Notes: generated by a model not told the origin, from the letters alone. 64,000 nt of DNA from an uncultured virus (IMG/VR IMGVR_UViG_2061766007_000180) (IMGVR_UViG_2061766007_000180), one strand, 5' to 3'. Positions 1 through 10,466 are shown, numbered from the stretch's first letter. Made by a program: numbers and translations.

Positions 1-1309
1 ATCTCCTTCTCGAACTTCGGCGGCTCCTCCGCCGTATGGACGATGAACGAAATGTGGTACTGTCCGGCGGCGTTCCTCGTGACGGTCGCCCGTCCGATCT
101 TTCCCTTCTTGACGTATCTCGAAAGGACGAACCTCAGACGGTTGTCGAGTTTCCTGGTCTTTATGAACTTCGGGATCTGGATCTTCTTCGCTTTGAAGTC
201 GATCTTCAGGTTTTCCGGAACCTCGAACGACTGGACATGGTCCTTCCTCGACTTGAACTTCGGAAACCCTCCCTGATGCCGGAAGAACCTCTGGAACNNN
301 NNNNNNNNNNNNNNNNNNNNNNNNNNNNNNNNNNNNNNNNNNNNNNNNNNNNNNNNNNNNNNNNNNNNNNNNNNNNNNNNNNNNNNNNNNNNNNNNNNNN
401 NNNNNNNNNNNNNNNNNNNNNNNNNNNNNNNNNNNNNNNNNNNNNNNNNNNNNNNNNNNNNNNNNNNNNNNNNNNNNNNNNNNNNNNNNNNNNNNNNNNN
501 NNNNNNNNNNNNNNNNNNNNNNNNNNNNNNNNNNNNNNNNNNNNNNNNNNNNNNNNNNNNNNNNNNNNNNNNNNNNNNNNNNNNNNNNNNNNNNNNNNNN
601 NNNNNNNNNNNNNNNNNNNNNNNNNNNNNNNNNNNNNNNNNNNNNNNNNNNNNNNNNNNNNNNNNNNNNNNNNNNNNNNNNNNNNNNNNNNNNNNNNNNN
701 NNNNNNNNNNNNNNNNNNNNNNNNNNNNNNNNNNNNNNNNNNNNNNNNNNNNNNNNNNNNNNNNNNNNNNNNNNNNNNNNNNNNNNNNNNNNNNNNNNNN
801 NNNNNNNNNNNNNNNNNNNNNNNNNNNNNNNNNNNNNNNNNNNNNNNNNNNNNNNNNNNNNNNNNNNNNNNNNNNNNNNNNNNNNNNNNNNNNNNNNNNN
901 NNNNNNNNNNNNNNNNNNNNNNNNNNNNNNNNNNNNNNNNNNNNNNNNNNNNNNNNNNNNNNNNNNNNNNNNNNNNNNNNNNNNNNNNNNNNNNNNNNCT
1001 GGGAGACGGGAAAGGTCTCGGAGGAAGAGGAGATCGGAGAGGATTTTCTCGGAAAGGTGAGGAAGATCACCGGAGAGGAAGAAAAATAAAATGACCAAGA
1101 AGAATCCAAAGCTTACGGAAGTTCCGGATTTCAATGGAACCCCAACCAGAGTCGGAGATAGGATCGTATACANNNNNNNNNNNNNNNNNNNNNNNNAACA
1201 GTTGTCGGGCTTTCCAAGGTGTTCGGAAAGACATGCGTAATAATCGAAGACGAATGCGGTTTTAAGAGCAAGCCAACTTCCCAGAGCTTTTACAGGATCG
1301 GGAGTGGAG

Positions 1310-1487
1310 ATGCCTGAAAAATTCGTCTTTTTCTGGGGAACCGGAGACGTGAAGACCGTCCAGAAGGGCTGTCTTTCCCAGTGGTGGCCGTGCAGGTTCG
1401 AGGTCGACGGAGTTGTCTACAACTGCGCCGAACAATACATGATGGCCGAGAAGGCGCGTCTGTTCGGAGACGAGGAGATCCGGAAGA
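1310..1487 (+). other. Partial diverged copy of the NADAR gene 5' end, ending at an N gap (probable strain-variant scaffold duplication)
   Basis: MPEKFVFFWG...EEIRK nearly repeats 1520-1697 and stops at a 10-N gap. Confidence 0.6.
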
Positions 1488-1519
1488 NNNNNNNNNNGTC
1501 GATCCGGAAGGGGATTCCG

Positions 1520-2032
1520 ATGTCTGAGAAGTTCCTTTTCTTCTGGGGGACGGGCGACACGAAGACCATTCAGAAAGGCTGCCTTTCCCAGTGGTGGCCA
1601 TGCGGGTTCGAGGTCGATGGGGTTGTCTACAACTGCGCGGAGCAATATATGATGGCCGAGAAGGCGCGTCTGTTCGGAGACGAGGAGATCCGGAAGAGGA
1701 TCCTCTCCTCGGACAAGCCCCGTCTGATAAAGAAGCTCGGAAGGGAGGTCCGGAACTTCGATCCGGAGGGATGGGATTCGGTCAAGTTCGAGATCGTCAA
1801 GCGGGGAAACCTCGCGAAGTTTCTCCAGAACGAGGATCTCCTGGATTTCCTCCTGGGAACGGGAGACGCCATCCTGGCGGAAGCCTCTCCGGTGGACCGG
1901 ATCTGGGGAATCGGCCTGGGAGAAGACGATCCGGATGCGCGTTTTCCGGAAAGGTGGAAGGGGGAAAACCTCCTCGGAAAGGCGCTGATGGAGGTCAGGA
2001 AGTTCGTCCGGATCCAGGAGCGCCGGAACTAG
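1520..2032 (+). CDS. NADAR (YbiA/RibX-like) family hydrolase
   Basis: Motifs CLSQW, AEQYMMAEKA, KF.QN..L...LL.TG, EASP.DRIWGIG, W.GENLLGKALM. Confidence 0.9.
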   Translation: MSEKFLFFWGTGDTKTIQKGCLSQWWPCGFEVDGVVYNCAEQYMMAEKARLFGDEEIRKRILSSDKPRLIKKLGREVRNFDPEGWDSVKFEIVKRGNLAKFLQNEDLLDFLLGTGDAILAEASPVDRIWGIGLGEDDPDARFPERWKGENLLGKALMEVRKFVRIQERRN

Positions 2033-2135
2033 TCTCTGGAGAGAATTCTTTCGGGAAGATGAGGGTTCTGGTTGACATTGGGACGTGCACCTGCTATAGT
2101 CTGGTCTAGTTCAAGATACACATCGGAAGAGAGAT

Positions 2136-2966
2136 ATGAAAGAAGAGACAAGGCAAGTGGTGTTCGAGACGAACGGAAAGACGTACAAGGAACTTTATGA
2201 CAACATCATCGAGGAAAACCTGAGAAACCCTCCTCCAGAAGGAGAGAACACAATCGAGCATCATATAAGGCCGAGGTCGATTTCCCCAGATTTGATATAT
2301 TCAAGGGAAAATCTCGTAATGCTTACTGAAAAGGACCATCTCCTGGTGCACTATCTCCTGTGGCAGCATTACAAGCACGAGACGGACGACGAAGACTCGG
2401 AGAGAAAGATGTGTGCCGCGTTCTGGGGCATGGTTCATTTAATCGAATGGAAAGGGAACACGGAGCTTGAATGGATTGCCGACAGATACGAAGAGCTGAG
2501 GGTTGATTTCAGGAAGAACCATCCGATGAAAAATCCAGAGGTGAAAGCGAAGATGTTAGCGAAGATGTTGGAGACGATGAATAGGCCAGATGTGAAAGCT
2601 AAAATAAAGGAGGCGTTGAAAAATCCAGAGGTGAAAGCGAAGATGTCGAAGGCGAAGAAGGAGATGTGGAAGAGGCCAGAGGTGAGGGCGAAAATGTCGG
2701 AGGCGAAGAAAGGAGTCAAAAACCCGTCGAAAAGACCAGAGGTGAGGGCGAAGATATCAGAGGCGTTGAAAAATCCAGAGGTGAGGGAGAAGATGTCCAG
2801 GAAAGTGCTTCAATATTTACTTGACGGGACTTTCGTGGCGGAATATCCATCTCTTACCGAAGCTGCGATTAAAACCAATTCACATTGTAGTGCCATTTCA
2901 CGGTGTTGTGCAGGAAAGCAGAAAACCCACAACGGATTCGTCTGGAAATACGCCGAATCGAAATAA
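2136..2966 (+). CDS. HNH homing endonuclease with NUMOD3-like repeats and C-terminal NUMOD1-like HTH
   Basis: EHHIRPRS...ENLV.LT..DH...H; repeated PEV(K/R)AK(M/I)S; C-terminal VLQY.LDG.FV.EY.S..EAA...HNGF.WKY; lower GC; TTGACA/TATAGT promoter upstream. Confidence 0.85.
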   Translation: MKEETRQVVFETNGKTYKELYDNIIEENLRNPPPEGENTIEHHIRPRSISPDLIYSRENLVMLTEKDHLLVHYLLWQHYKHETDDEDSERKMCAAFWGMVHLIEWKGNTELEWIADRYEELRVDFRKNHPMKNPEVKAKMLAKMLETMNRPDVKAKIKEALKNPEVKAKMSKAKKEMWKRPEVRAKMSEAKKGVKNPSKRPEVRAKISEALKNPEVREKMSRKVLQYLLDGTFVAEYPSLTEAAIKTNSHCSAISRCCAGKQKTHNGFVWKYAESK

Positions 2967-2979
2967 TTCAATCGTCCAA

Positions 2980-3264
2980 TTAAATCCGCCCGACGTCGAA
3001 CCCCTTTATCTCGAGGAGCATCCTGACCTTGGTTCTTAGACTCGGAATTCCGTCGAAAATCCTTTCGATAAGCCGCCTTGCCGCCTTGGCAACATCCCCG
3101 TCGTTTCCGATTCTTTCGCTCGGGGCGTTCCACATGACGGAAACGTCGTCCGTCACGGTTCCGTCTGGAAGCTCATTGAAGCCACACATGCCGACGATTC
3201 CGTCCTGGTCATCGGTTCTGTATATCTTTGGCCCCGTCAGTCTCCAACTTCCTGCCATACGCAT
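2980..3264 (-). CDS. Hypothetical protein
   Basis: 94-aa ORF filling the gap; no recognised motif. Confidence 0.45.
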   Translation of the reverse strand: MRMAGSWRLTGPKIYRTDDQDGIVGMCGFNELPDGTVTDDVSVMWNAPSERIGNDGDVAKAARRLIERIFDGIPSLRTKVRMLLEIKGFDVGRI

Positions 3265-3269
3265 CTAAA

Positions 3270-3460
3270 CGCCTACTGGTCGCACTTAAAGGCAATGGGT
3301 GCACCAGGAGAGGACTTTTCTCGTCTTCTACCGGAGTGCAGCTGAACGCGGACATCAACGGTGCAATCGGAATGCTTCTGAAGGTAAACACACTCTCCCA
3401 GTCCGATCTGGAACACATGAACGAGAGAACCGATATTCTATCTCCGGAGAAGCTAGAATA
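3270..3460 (+). pseudogene. tnpB: Remnant of an IS200/IS605 TnpB C-terminus
   Basis: RRGLFSSSTGVQLNADINGAIGMLLK resembles the TnpB RuvC-III region (RGLF...NAD.NGA.N); no N-terminal part present. Confidence 0.55.
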
Positions 3461-3772
3461 CAGGTCGAATCAGGGTTCGATACTTGGAATTGGAAAGGGA
3501 AGGAAAGGATCCTGGAGGGGAGATCAAATGGCGGATAAATTCATGGAAGAAGACGAAAAGACAGCTTTGAAACTTCCTCCCCTTCCGGACGGGGTCAATC
3601 CGAAGGATCTCGTTCCGACAAAGACTGTCGGATTGAGGAATCAGTGAGTTATTTCGGTTGGAAAAAGCGGGAGAATAGTCAATAACGCGAATGGATTTTG
3701 GTACAAGACGGAGAATACCGCGAAAAACGTAATAGACATCTATAGAAATCAGACCTCGGATCGAAGTTTTGC

Positions 3773-3801
3773 TTGACACCGGAAGACTTTTCCTGTACAC
3801 T
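3773..3801 (+). promoter_or_regulatory. sigma70-type promoter, leaderless arrangement
   Basis: TTGACA(3773)-17 bp-TACACT(3796), ATG 6 nt downstream at 3808. Confidence 0.75.
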
Positions 3802-3807
3802 AATCCC

Positions 3808-5049
3808 ATGCAAAAGCTCCTGATCCAAGAATTCATCTCCTCCCATTCCGACTGGGAGAGGATCCTTCCGGAAAAGCCCTACTGCCTCAACATCCAGCGG
3901 GACTCCAAGTTCGGAAGGAATCTCGTCCTGTTCAAGTACAACCAGATCGAGTCGGATTTCTCGATTCCCCTAGTCCGGGAGTGCCGGGGGCTGATCCTCG
4001 ACGCGGACACGTTCGAGCCGGTATGTGTTCCGTTCTTCAAGTTTTTTAACTTTTCAGAAAATCTTGCAGACGAGATCGACTGGAAGACAGCGTGGGTGGG
4101 CATGAAAATTGACGGTTCATTGACGAAGGTCGTCCGGCTCGGAAACGACCTCCTCGTCTCCACGAACGGGACGATCGACGCGTACAAGGCTCCTATCCAG
4201 GACCAGATTGGATTCGTCGGAAAGACCTTCGGAGACCTCTTCGAGATGGCCGTCGCGAACGCCAAGGAAAGGTACGACAGGATCTCCCTCGAGAACCACT
4301 ACGCGAGGGAGGATTGGTATCTCGCTCCGATGGACTGGTTCAGGAACCTCCTCCAGGAGGGCTACACCTACATGTTCGAGCTGACCTCCCGGTACAACCA
4401 CATCGTCGTGAAGTTCGGGGATCCGGAGATCCACCTCATCGGGATCAGGGACAACCAGACTTTTCGGGAGATCGAGTTCTTCAACCATCCCCTCTCCCGG
4501 TTCTTCCACACTCCGGAGCTCTTCAGTCTTGGAACCCTGAAGGAGGTGGAGGAGGCCGCGGAGAAGCTCGACGCCAATCACGAGGGATTCGTGGTCTGCG
4601 ACGGGAATTTCCGCCGGGTGAAGGTGAAATCGTCGACGTATGTCGCCATCCACCACCTTCGCGGAGAGGGCGGGGCTCCCTCGTTCGAGCGCGGGATCGA
4701 GATCGTCCGGAAGAACGAGCTCGACGAGGTCCTGACGTACTTCCCCGAGTTCAGGGAGCACCTGGAGAAGATCAGGTCCGACCTTGACACCCTCGTCGAG
4801 AGGCTCGATTCCGGGTGGGATCTTCTCCGGAAAAACCTTTCCGGACTTCCCTCCCGGAAGGATCGGGCGCTGTTCATCATGTCGGACGAGTGCTTCGGAA
4901 AGAAGTTCTCCGGAGTCGGGTTCTCCCTCCTGGACGGAAAGGTCTCCTCCGCGAGGGAATGGGTCGAGAAGTGTCCGGCGAAGAATCTCGTGAAATACCT
5001 AGGATACAAGGAAAATAAACATGAAAATCAAGATCTCCAAGAAGAATAA
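3808..5049 (+). CDS. T4 Rnl1-like ATP-dependent RNA ligase
   Basis: ECRGLI, PFFKFFN, motif I KIDGSL, TYMFEL, motif IV EGFVV, motif V RVKVKS. Confidence 0.9.
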   Translation: MQKLLIQEFISSHSDWERILPEKPYCLNIQRDSKFGRNLVLFKYNQIESDFSIPLVRECRGLILDADTFEPVCVPFFKFFNFSENLADEIDWKTAWVGMKIDGSLTKVVRLGNDLLVSTNGTIDAYKAPIQDQIGFVGKTFGDLFEMAVANAKERYDRISLENHYAREDWYLAPMDWFRNLLQEGYTYMFELTSRYNHIVVKFGDPEIHLIGIRDNQTFREIEFFNHPLSRFFHTPELFSLGTLKEVEEAAEKLDANHEGFVVCDGNFRRVKVKSSTYVAIHHLRGEGGAPSFERGIEIVRKNELDEVLTYFPEFREHLEKIRSDLDTLVERLDSGWDLLRKNLSGLPSRKDRALFIMSDECFGKKFSGVGFSLLDGKVSSAREWVEKCPAKNLVKYLGYKENKHENQDLQEE

Positions 5050-5230
5050 TGGGTACGAGGTCTACAGATTCGTCGGAGACAGGTGGAAGTACTGGCTTCC
5101 GGAGCCGTACGACTGTGTCCGAGGAGAAAACCTCTACAAGCCTTACCGGACAGTCGAGGCCGCGAAGAAGGCCGCGATCGCCGAAAAGAAGCGCCTGGAT
5201 TCCGAAAAGGACCTGATCCTGGAGATCTGA
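5021..5230 (+). CDS. Hypothetical protein
   Basis: 69-aa ORF coupled to ligase, AAGGA upstream. Confidence 0.6.
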   Translation: MKIKISKKNNGYEVYRFVGDRWKYWLPEPYDCVRGENLYKPYRTVEAAKKAAIAEKKRLDSEKDLILEI

Positions 5231-5238
5231 CCGTGGAA

Positions 5239-5559
5239 ATGACCTTCGATTTCGAAAAGGACGATATCTGCTTTGGGTGCGTCCACTCCCGGAAGAAGCC
5301 TCTGGAAAAGGTCTCCACGTTTCCCGTGGGTCGCCGTTTCGGCTGCGCCTCTCCGGAAAGGATAGACTTCCGGAAGAGAGCCGACGAGACGTCTCTTTCC
5401 GGAAAGCCGCTCGAGAAGATCGAAACCGCGATCTTCGGGCTCCAGGAGCTTCAGAAAGACATGGACGACTTCAGGGAAAACGGCTGGATAGAGCCGGTCG
5501 ATTCGTGCATCGCCTGTCCTTTCTTCCGGAAAGATTCCTCCGGAGAAAATCCTTCCTGA
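5239..5559 (+). CDS. Hypothetical Cys-containing protein
   Basis: MTFDFEKDDICFGC...CIACPF; fills gap in operon. Confidence 0.55.
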   Translation: MTFDFEKDDICFGCVHSRKKPLEKVSTFPVGRRFGCASPERIDFRKRADETSLSGKPLEKIETAIFGLQELQKDMDDFRENGWIEPVDSCIACPFFRKDSSGENPS

Positions 5560-5586
5560 ATCCTCCTCATTTCGTACACTATTCCC

Positions 5587-6063
5587 ATGAAGTACAATTC
5601 CATTCTTATCCGGGGAGACTCGGTCGATCTCGACGTCGCGTGCTCCGAGTGCGGAACTCCCGTCGGTCCCGATTCCAAGTATTGTTCCGAATGCGGACAT
5701 CGTCTGTGTCGCATCCCCACCGAAATGACCACCAAGAAGCTCCTTTCGATTCTCAACTCACAGGGACGATTCCCCGATTCCGAGAAGACCGTTCCGGAGA
5801 ACAACGATCCGATGCTCAACACTCCCTCCGGAAGGGACGAAGGACCGCAGATACGGTGCACTCTCGGCAAGACTGCGTCTGAAGCCCCTTCGTGTCCGCA
5901 CAGAATAGCCGGGGGCTGTTGCGGAGGATATTCATATCTGACGTTTCCTCCGCAACCGGGAGAATGTCCCTTCTCCTCCAAATCCACCGGGCACCTTTCC
6001 GCCCATAAGTATCCGTTCGATCCGGGATGGTTCCGGAAGGGCGATCTTCTTCAGGACTTCTGA
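5587..6063 (+). CDS. Zinc-ribbon domain protein
   Basis: CSECG...KYCSECG; TACACT-ATTCCC-ATG start. Confidence 0.7.
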   Translation: MKYNSILIRGDSVDLDVACSECGTPVGPDSKYCSECGHRLCRIPTEMTTKKLLSILNSQGRFPDSEKTVPENNDPMLNTPSGRDEGPQIRCTLGKTASEAPSCPHRIAGGCCGGYSYLTFPPQPGECPFSSKSTGHLSAHKYPFDPGWFRKGDLLQDF

Positions 6064-6075
6064 GAGGAGGACGTC

Positions 6076-6540
6076 ATGCGTTATGTAATCAGGCACGAAT
6101 GCAGGTTCCTGCAGCCATACTATCTCGATCCCGGAAAGTCCGATCCGGAAAGCACCTTCGAGGAAGACAACGTGAGTTTCTGCCGGACGAAAGATCCGGA
6201 GACGTTCCGGAGGATGCTCGAGGAGATCCTCGACGTTCCGGAGTACGACTTCACCGAGGAGAACTTCCGGAAGGAGTTTTCCGCGAACAGGGACGTTCCT
6301 CTTCAGGAAGAGACCTTCGGAAGGATTTTCCGGTTCTACTCCGGAAGGAAGGCCATCCGGGACGCCGTCCTGAACGACCTCGAGGCGTTCATGAAGTCCG
6401 GCGGAAGACATTTCTACCGGATCTACCGCGTTCCTCCCGAATCGGTCTCGTTCTCGATGGAGCCGAAGGACGAATACTCCCCCTACGCTGAATCCGAGAC
6501 CATCGACGTGTCGCTGGAGCTGGAGGAAAGCGATGTCTGA
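6076..6540 (+). CDS. Hypothetical protein
   Basis: 154 aa, GGAGG RBS. Confidence 0.7.
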   Translation: MRYVIRHECRFLQPYYLDPGKSDPESTFEEDNVSFCRTKDPETFRRMLEEILDVPEYDFTEENFRKEFSANRDVPLQEETFGRIFRFYSGRKAIRDAVLNDLEAFMKSGGRHFYRIYRVPPESVSFSMEPKDEYSPYAESETIDVSLELEESDV

Positions 6541-6832
6541 CGGTCTCCCCCATGTAGAAATGCTCACCGTGAGGAAGCTCATCGAATACCTGAAGACCCA
6601 GGATCCCGACGCGAACATTCTCGCATACGAGCCGAACTCCCGGGCCTACATCGAGCAGTTTCCCGATCTTCCGAACCTGCAGATCTGCACGGTCGCGGAA
6701 GACAAGGTCCGGGAGGAGACGTTCGCGAGAGGATGGTTCAGGGGCGATCTGGACCTGGAAAAGAAGGTCAAGGACCACCTGGAAGAGACCTACCGGTACG
6801 CGAAGGACACGGACATCGTGTTAAATTTCTGA
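6533..6832 (+). CDS. Hypothetical phage protein (LTVRKLIEYLK.QDPDA type)
   Basis: Coupled ORF, common phage N-terminal pattern. Confidence 0.7.
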   Translation: MSDGLPHVEMLTVRKLIEYLKTQDPDANILAYEPNSRAYIEQFPDLPNLQICTVAEDKVREETFARGWFRGDLDLEKKVKDHLEETYRYAKDTDIVLNF

Positions 6833-6900
6833 AGTTTCGCTTGACAACGTCCCGGAAACATAGTAGACTGTTCCCATTTCAAGGACAAAGTGGAGAAAAA

Positions 6901-7422
6901 ATGGCAGGGAAGACGACAGGAAAGAAGAAGGTCGCGAAGAAGGCCGTCATGACGGAGGAATTCGATTCCTCGAAGAAGCACACATTCCACGTGACGGTCA
7001 AGCTCGGCCCGAACATGGAGAAGACGATCGGCTTTGTCTGCGGAGAGAAGGAGAAGCTGACATACGACGACGTCCTCGACTCGCTGAACGAAGTTCTCGA
7101 GAAGGACTATCCGGAAGAGTATTTCCCGAAGCTGGACGTGGACTACTCCACCCTGACGATCGTGGACGGAGGCGATTCGTTCCCCGTCTTTCCGGAAAGC
7201 GGGGTCGAGGCGGAACTCGCGAAGCTTCCCGAGAAGCCGGGGAGGTATCTTGTCCTTCCGGAATGCACATACTCGATCTCGGACGAGTTCAAGCTCTACA
7301 ACTCGCTCTGCGACAAGGGGATGATCGATCCGGAGGTCGAGCGGTTCGATCCGGACAAGATGAGGGCCATCCTCGAAGAGATCTCCGAAGGAAAGAAGAA
7401 TGTCGGCGAGAAGCAGGTTTGA
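6901..7422 (+). CDS. Hypothetical protein
   Basis: GGAG RBS; promoter TTGACA(6841)-17-TAGACT(6864). Confidence 0.7.
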   Translation: MAGKTTGKKKVAKKAVMTEEFDSSKKHTFHVTVKLGPNMEKTIGFVCGEKEKLTYDDVLDSLNEVLEKDYPEEYFPKLDVDYSTLTIVDGGDSFPVFPESGVEAELAKLPEKPGRYLVLPECTYSISDEFKLYNSLCDKGMIDPEVERFDPDKMRAILEEISEGKKNVGEKQV

Positions 7423-7588
7423 GTCTCTCCGGAGGAAAGTTCTCCGGAAAGCCCGTCCGGAAGAGGGAGGGGAGGAGATTCCCGAGTTCCGGACCGAGCT
7501 CGGGGAGTTCGATCCGGAGGTCTACTCCCAGGATCCTCTCGCGGAGGATCTCGACCTGGAGATCGCCGATCCGGGAGACGGAGCGTAA
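7400..7588 (+). CDS. Small acidic hypothetical protein
   Basis: 62-aa ORF between flanking genes. Confidence 0.45.
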   Translation: MSARSRFESLRRKVLRKARPEEGGEEIPEFRTELGEFDPEVYSQDPLAEDLDLEIADPGDGA

Positions 7589-7591
7589 GAC

Positions 7592-7912
7592 ATGGACGAC
7601 AAATATACGAATTTCGAGATCCCTCCGGAAATCCAGCTGCTGGCCGAATCCCTCGGGTTCGGTCCGGGATACACGAGGACCTACAAGGCGTTCGTGGTCT
7701 ACATCCTCGATACCAGCGGGAGCATTCGTACGTCAGGTCCCAGGACCGACAGATACTTCAAGAGCAGGCGGTTTGCGCAAAGTGAGGCAGACCGGCTGAA
7801 CAGGAGTTTCCAGTACAGGTGGAACTACGACGAGCAGAGAATGGAAAAGATCGACAATCCGAGGGTATTTGCGTTCGTCAAGGAAATCGAAGTCACGGAA
7901 AGGATGATGTGA
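7592..7912 (+). CDS. Hypothetical protein
   Basis: 106-aa ORF in operon. Confidence 0.65.
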   Translation: MDDKYTNFEIPPEIQLLAESLGFGPGYTRTYKAFVVYILDTSGSIRTSGPRTDRYFKSRRFAQSEADRLNRSFQYRWNYDEQRMEKIDNPRVFAFVKEIEVTERMM

Positions 7913-7913
7913 G

Positions 7914-8801
7914 TTGGACAGGAAATTTCTCATAATCGACTCGAAAAGCGGAATCTCTCCGGATGCGCTCAAGGCGAAGGTTCCGGAGTACGAGGTCGAC
8001 GTCGCGGTGGACAACTTTCCGGAAGGACCCGAGGGGGAGCTTTCCTCCCAGAACAGGATCCGGGACATCCTTTCCAGCGGGAAATACCAGAACTACGCGA
8101 TCGTCGCGAGACCCGGAAGCTTTCTCAGGAAGGCTTTTCCGAACAACACGATCGTCCTGGAGGGAACCGCGGAGGAAAAGCTCGGGAAGCATCTGGACTG
8201 GATCTTCTCGGACTTCGGGAAGGACCGGAGAAGGGACATGGTGAAGCGTTTTGTGATTTCGGACACGCATTTCTGCCACGCGAACATAATCCGGTACTGC
8301 AACCGTCCGTGGAACAGCGGAAAGGATGCGGAAGGAAACCTGATCGTCACTCCGGAGGATGTTGAGCGGATGGACGAGGACCTAGTCAGAAGGTGGAACG
8401 AGGTCGTCGGGAAGGACGACATCGTGTGGCATCTCGGAGACTTCGCCTTCGGAAAGAAGGAGAATGTCCAGAGACTCCTCTCGAGACTCAACGGAAAGGT
8501 GAACCTCGTGATGGGAAACCACGACCACCACAAGATCGGGTTCTACTACGAGGCCGGATTTCACCGGGTGTACGATCGTCCGGTCATAATCGACGGTTTT
8601 GTGATCCTTTCCCACGCCCCGATCCAGTGGGTGAAGGATGGATCGGTCTGGGCGAACCTGTACGGCCACGTCCATAACCAGGAGATGTACCGGCACTACA
8701 CGTCGAACACGTACAACTGCTGCGTCGAGGTGAATGACTACCGTCCGGTACCGTTCGAGGAAATCAAGGAAAAAATGGGTGGCTTTCGTGGGGACCGCTG
8801 A
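7914..8801 (+). CDS. Calcineurin-like metallophosphoesterase with N-terminal extension
   Basis: SDTHF.H, HLGD, GNHD, LSH.P, YGHVH motifs. Confidence 0.9.
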   Translation: MDRKFLIIDSKSGISPDALKAKVPEYEVDVAVDNFPEGPEGELSSQNRIRDILSSGKYQNYAIVARPGSFLRKAFPNNTIVLEGTAEEKLGKHLDWIFSDFGKDRRRDMVKRFVISDTHFCHANIIRYCNRPWNSGKDAEGNLIVTPEDVERMDEDLVRRWNEVVGKDDIVWHLGDFAFGKKENVQRLLSRLNGKVNLVMGNHDHHKIGFYYEAGFHRVYDRPVIIDGFVILSHAPIQWVKDGSVWANLYGHVHNQEMYRHYTSNTYNCCVEVNDYRPVPFEEIKEKMGGFRGDR

Positions 8802-9105
8802 AAAATGCCGGATCTGCGGTTCGGAGGAACCGCTCGAGAAGCACCACCTGGTTCCTCAAGTGAAGTGCAAGAAAAAGATGAAGGAAATCCGGGAGGATCC
8901 CTCCAACCACGTCTACATCTGTCCGACGTGCCACCGGACGATTCATGCGTATTTCGACGAGTGCGAACTAAAGTACACGTACAATACTCTTGAAGCCCTC
9001 CTCGGAAACGAGAAGTTCGCGAAGTACGTGGAGTGGAAGAAGAAACATCCGGAGTTCAGCTCCAATTCAACGAAAATGTCCAACGACAGAAGAAGGAAAC
9101 GATAA
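8779..9105 (+). CDS. Small HNH-like endonuclease
   Basis: CRIC...HHLVP...CPTCHRTIH; GTG start inferred. Confidence 0.75.
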   Translation: MAFVGTAEKCRICGSEEPLEKHHLVPQVKCKKKMKEIREDPSNHVYICPTCHRTIHAYFDECELKYTYNTLEALLGNEKFAKYVEWKKKHPEFSSNSTKMSNDRRRKR

Positions 9106-9365
9106 TGCGGAACAGAGACTACAAGATCCGACTGAACGAGAAGCTGACCGTCAAGAAGGTCAACGCGGTACTCGATGCGATCGACGAGAACGGCGGGTAC
9201 TGCCCCTGCCAGATCCAGTCCGAAGACACGAAGTGCCACTGCAGGGACTTTCTGGAGAACAAGAAGATCGGGGAGCCGTGCATCTGCAAAATCTACGTCA
9301 AGCAACCGGCAAAGACGAACGGAAAGATCCGGAAATCCGTCAGGCAGTCGAGGGAGAAGGAATGA
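9105..9365 (+). CDS. Ferredoxin-thioredoxin reductase catalytic-subunit-like protein
   Basis: GYCPC...CHC...CIC triple CxC pattern; TAATG coupling. Confidence 0.75.
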   Translation: MRNRDYKIRLNEKLTVKKVNAVLDAIDENGGYCPCQIQSEDTKCHCRDFLENKKIGEPCICKIYVKQPAKTNGKIRKSVRQSREKE

Positions 9366-9754
9366 TCCCGAACACTTCAAGCTTCGTTTCGAAAACTCTT
9401 GGAATCATTATCGGAATTCTTCTCGGAATTGCATTCCTGTGGATGCTGAGTCTCATGTCCGGTTGCATCGGGATCCAGGATCGATTCGTGGACAAGAAAA
9501 TAGACTACGTCTATCAGCCCACATGCGAGGACGCCGAACTCATCGCGATTCCATTCAGGGACGGGTCGAAGATGTCCTCCGAGGGACGGATCGCGAAGGC
9601 CTACTGTACGCTGTTCCTTCCTCTGACCGTCGTGGACTTTCCGTTCGAAGTGGTCTTCGACACGATTCTCCTTCCGTGGGATGTCTGGGAGGCAAGCAGG
9701 AACCGGAAATGGAAACCCGGAACCGAGGAGACGGAAGAAATCGTTTCGGATTGA
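9362..9754 (+). CDS. YceK/YidQ-like lipoprotein
   Basis: TM segment, MSGC lipobox-like site, D(F)PF..V.DT(I)LLP.D motif. Confidence 0.7.
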   Translation: MIPNTSSFVSKTLGIIIGILLGIAFLWMLSLMSGCIGIQDRFVDKKIDYVYQPTCEDAELIAIPFRDGSKMSSEGRIAKAYCTLFLPLTVVDFPFEVVFDTILLPWDVWEASRNRKWKPGTEETEEIVSD

Positions 9755-9797
9755 TTTTTCGGTTGACTTTTCGACCTAAAAATAGTAAGTTACAAGC

Positions 9798-10466
9798 ATG
9801 AAAAATTTGCTATTGGTGTTCTTGTTATTCTTAACGTCGGGACTGAGCGGAGATATCCTGGTATGGACCGTGGGAGGAAGCGCGTCCGTGGACAACGGAC
9901 CAAATGACGTGTACACGTTTATCAAGGAGTTGCCATACACTCCGATGGACTTGAATGACTTCGACGCTCCATATACCGAATATCTGGCGCAGGTTGTTGC
10001 GGTCGACAGGAGTGGGCAGGTGGTAGCGACGCTTCCGGTGGCCTTCCAGACAAATCCGGAGGAAACGAATCCCCTCCTATTCGAATACGAATTCGATCCC
10101 GACATAACTTGTGTCGAGATCGGACACCACAATGCCGGTTATTTCGGTGCCGACTGGAAGCAATCGAGAGTATCCGGCGAGATGCTTGCCGAATGTCTGT
10201 TCCAGATGCAGATACTCCAAGATTCGTCCGGAGTCGAGACGACATTGCTGTATTCGGACTACAGGGACGGAGACTATCTGCAGAACGAGAATAATCATAC
10301 GTACGTGGAGGGGTCGATAGCACCAGATCCGTACCTGCCTTGGACCCCCGATAGCTTCTACACCATAAATCCCGTAATCCCCATCGTGCCATCCCCCGAA
10401 CCGACGTCATCCTTGCTCATGTTGGTCGGCTCGATCGTCCTTTTCCTGAAACGCAAACACAACTAA
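9798..10466 (+). CDS. Secreted PEP-CTERM sorting-domain protein
   Basis: Signal peptide; C-terminal PEPTSSLLMLVGSIVLFLKRK; promoter TTGACT(9763)-17-TAAGTT(9786). Confidence 0.85.
   Translation: MKNLLLVFLLFLTSGLSGDILVWTVGGSASVDNGPNDVYTFIKELPYTPMDLNDFDAPYTEYLAQVVAVDRSGQVVATLPVAFQTNPEETNPLLFEYEFDPDITCVEIGHHNAGYFGADWKQSRVSGEMLAECLFQMQILQDSSGVETTLLYSDYRDGDYLQNENNHTYVEGSIAPDPYLPWTPDSFYTINPVIPIVPSPEPTSSLLMLVGSIVLFLKRKHN

Noticed and set aside
36..1094. 352-aa ORF at the window start
   Set aside because: Mostly N gap and not interpretable.
1310..1700. Tandem NADAR duplication as a biological event
   Set aside because: The copy ends at a 10-N scaffold gap, so it is more likely two strain variants joined.
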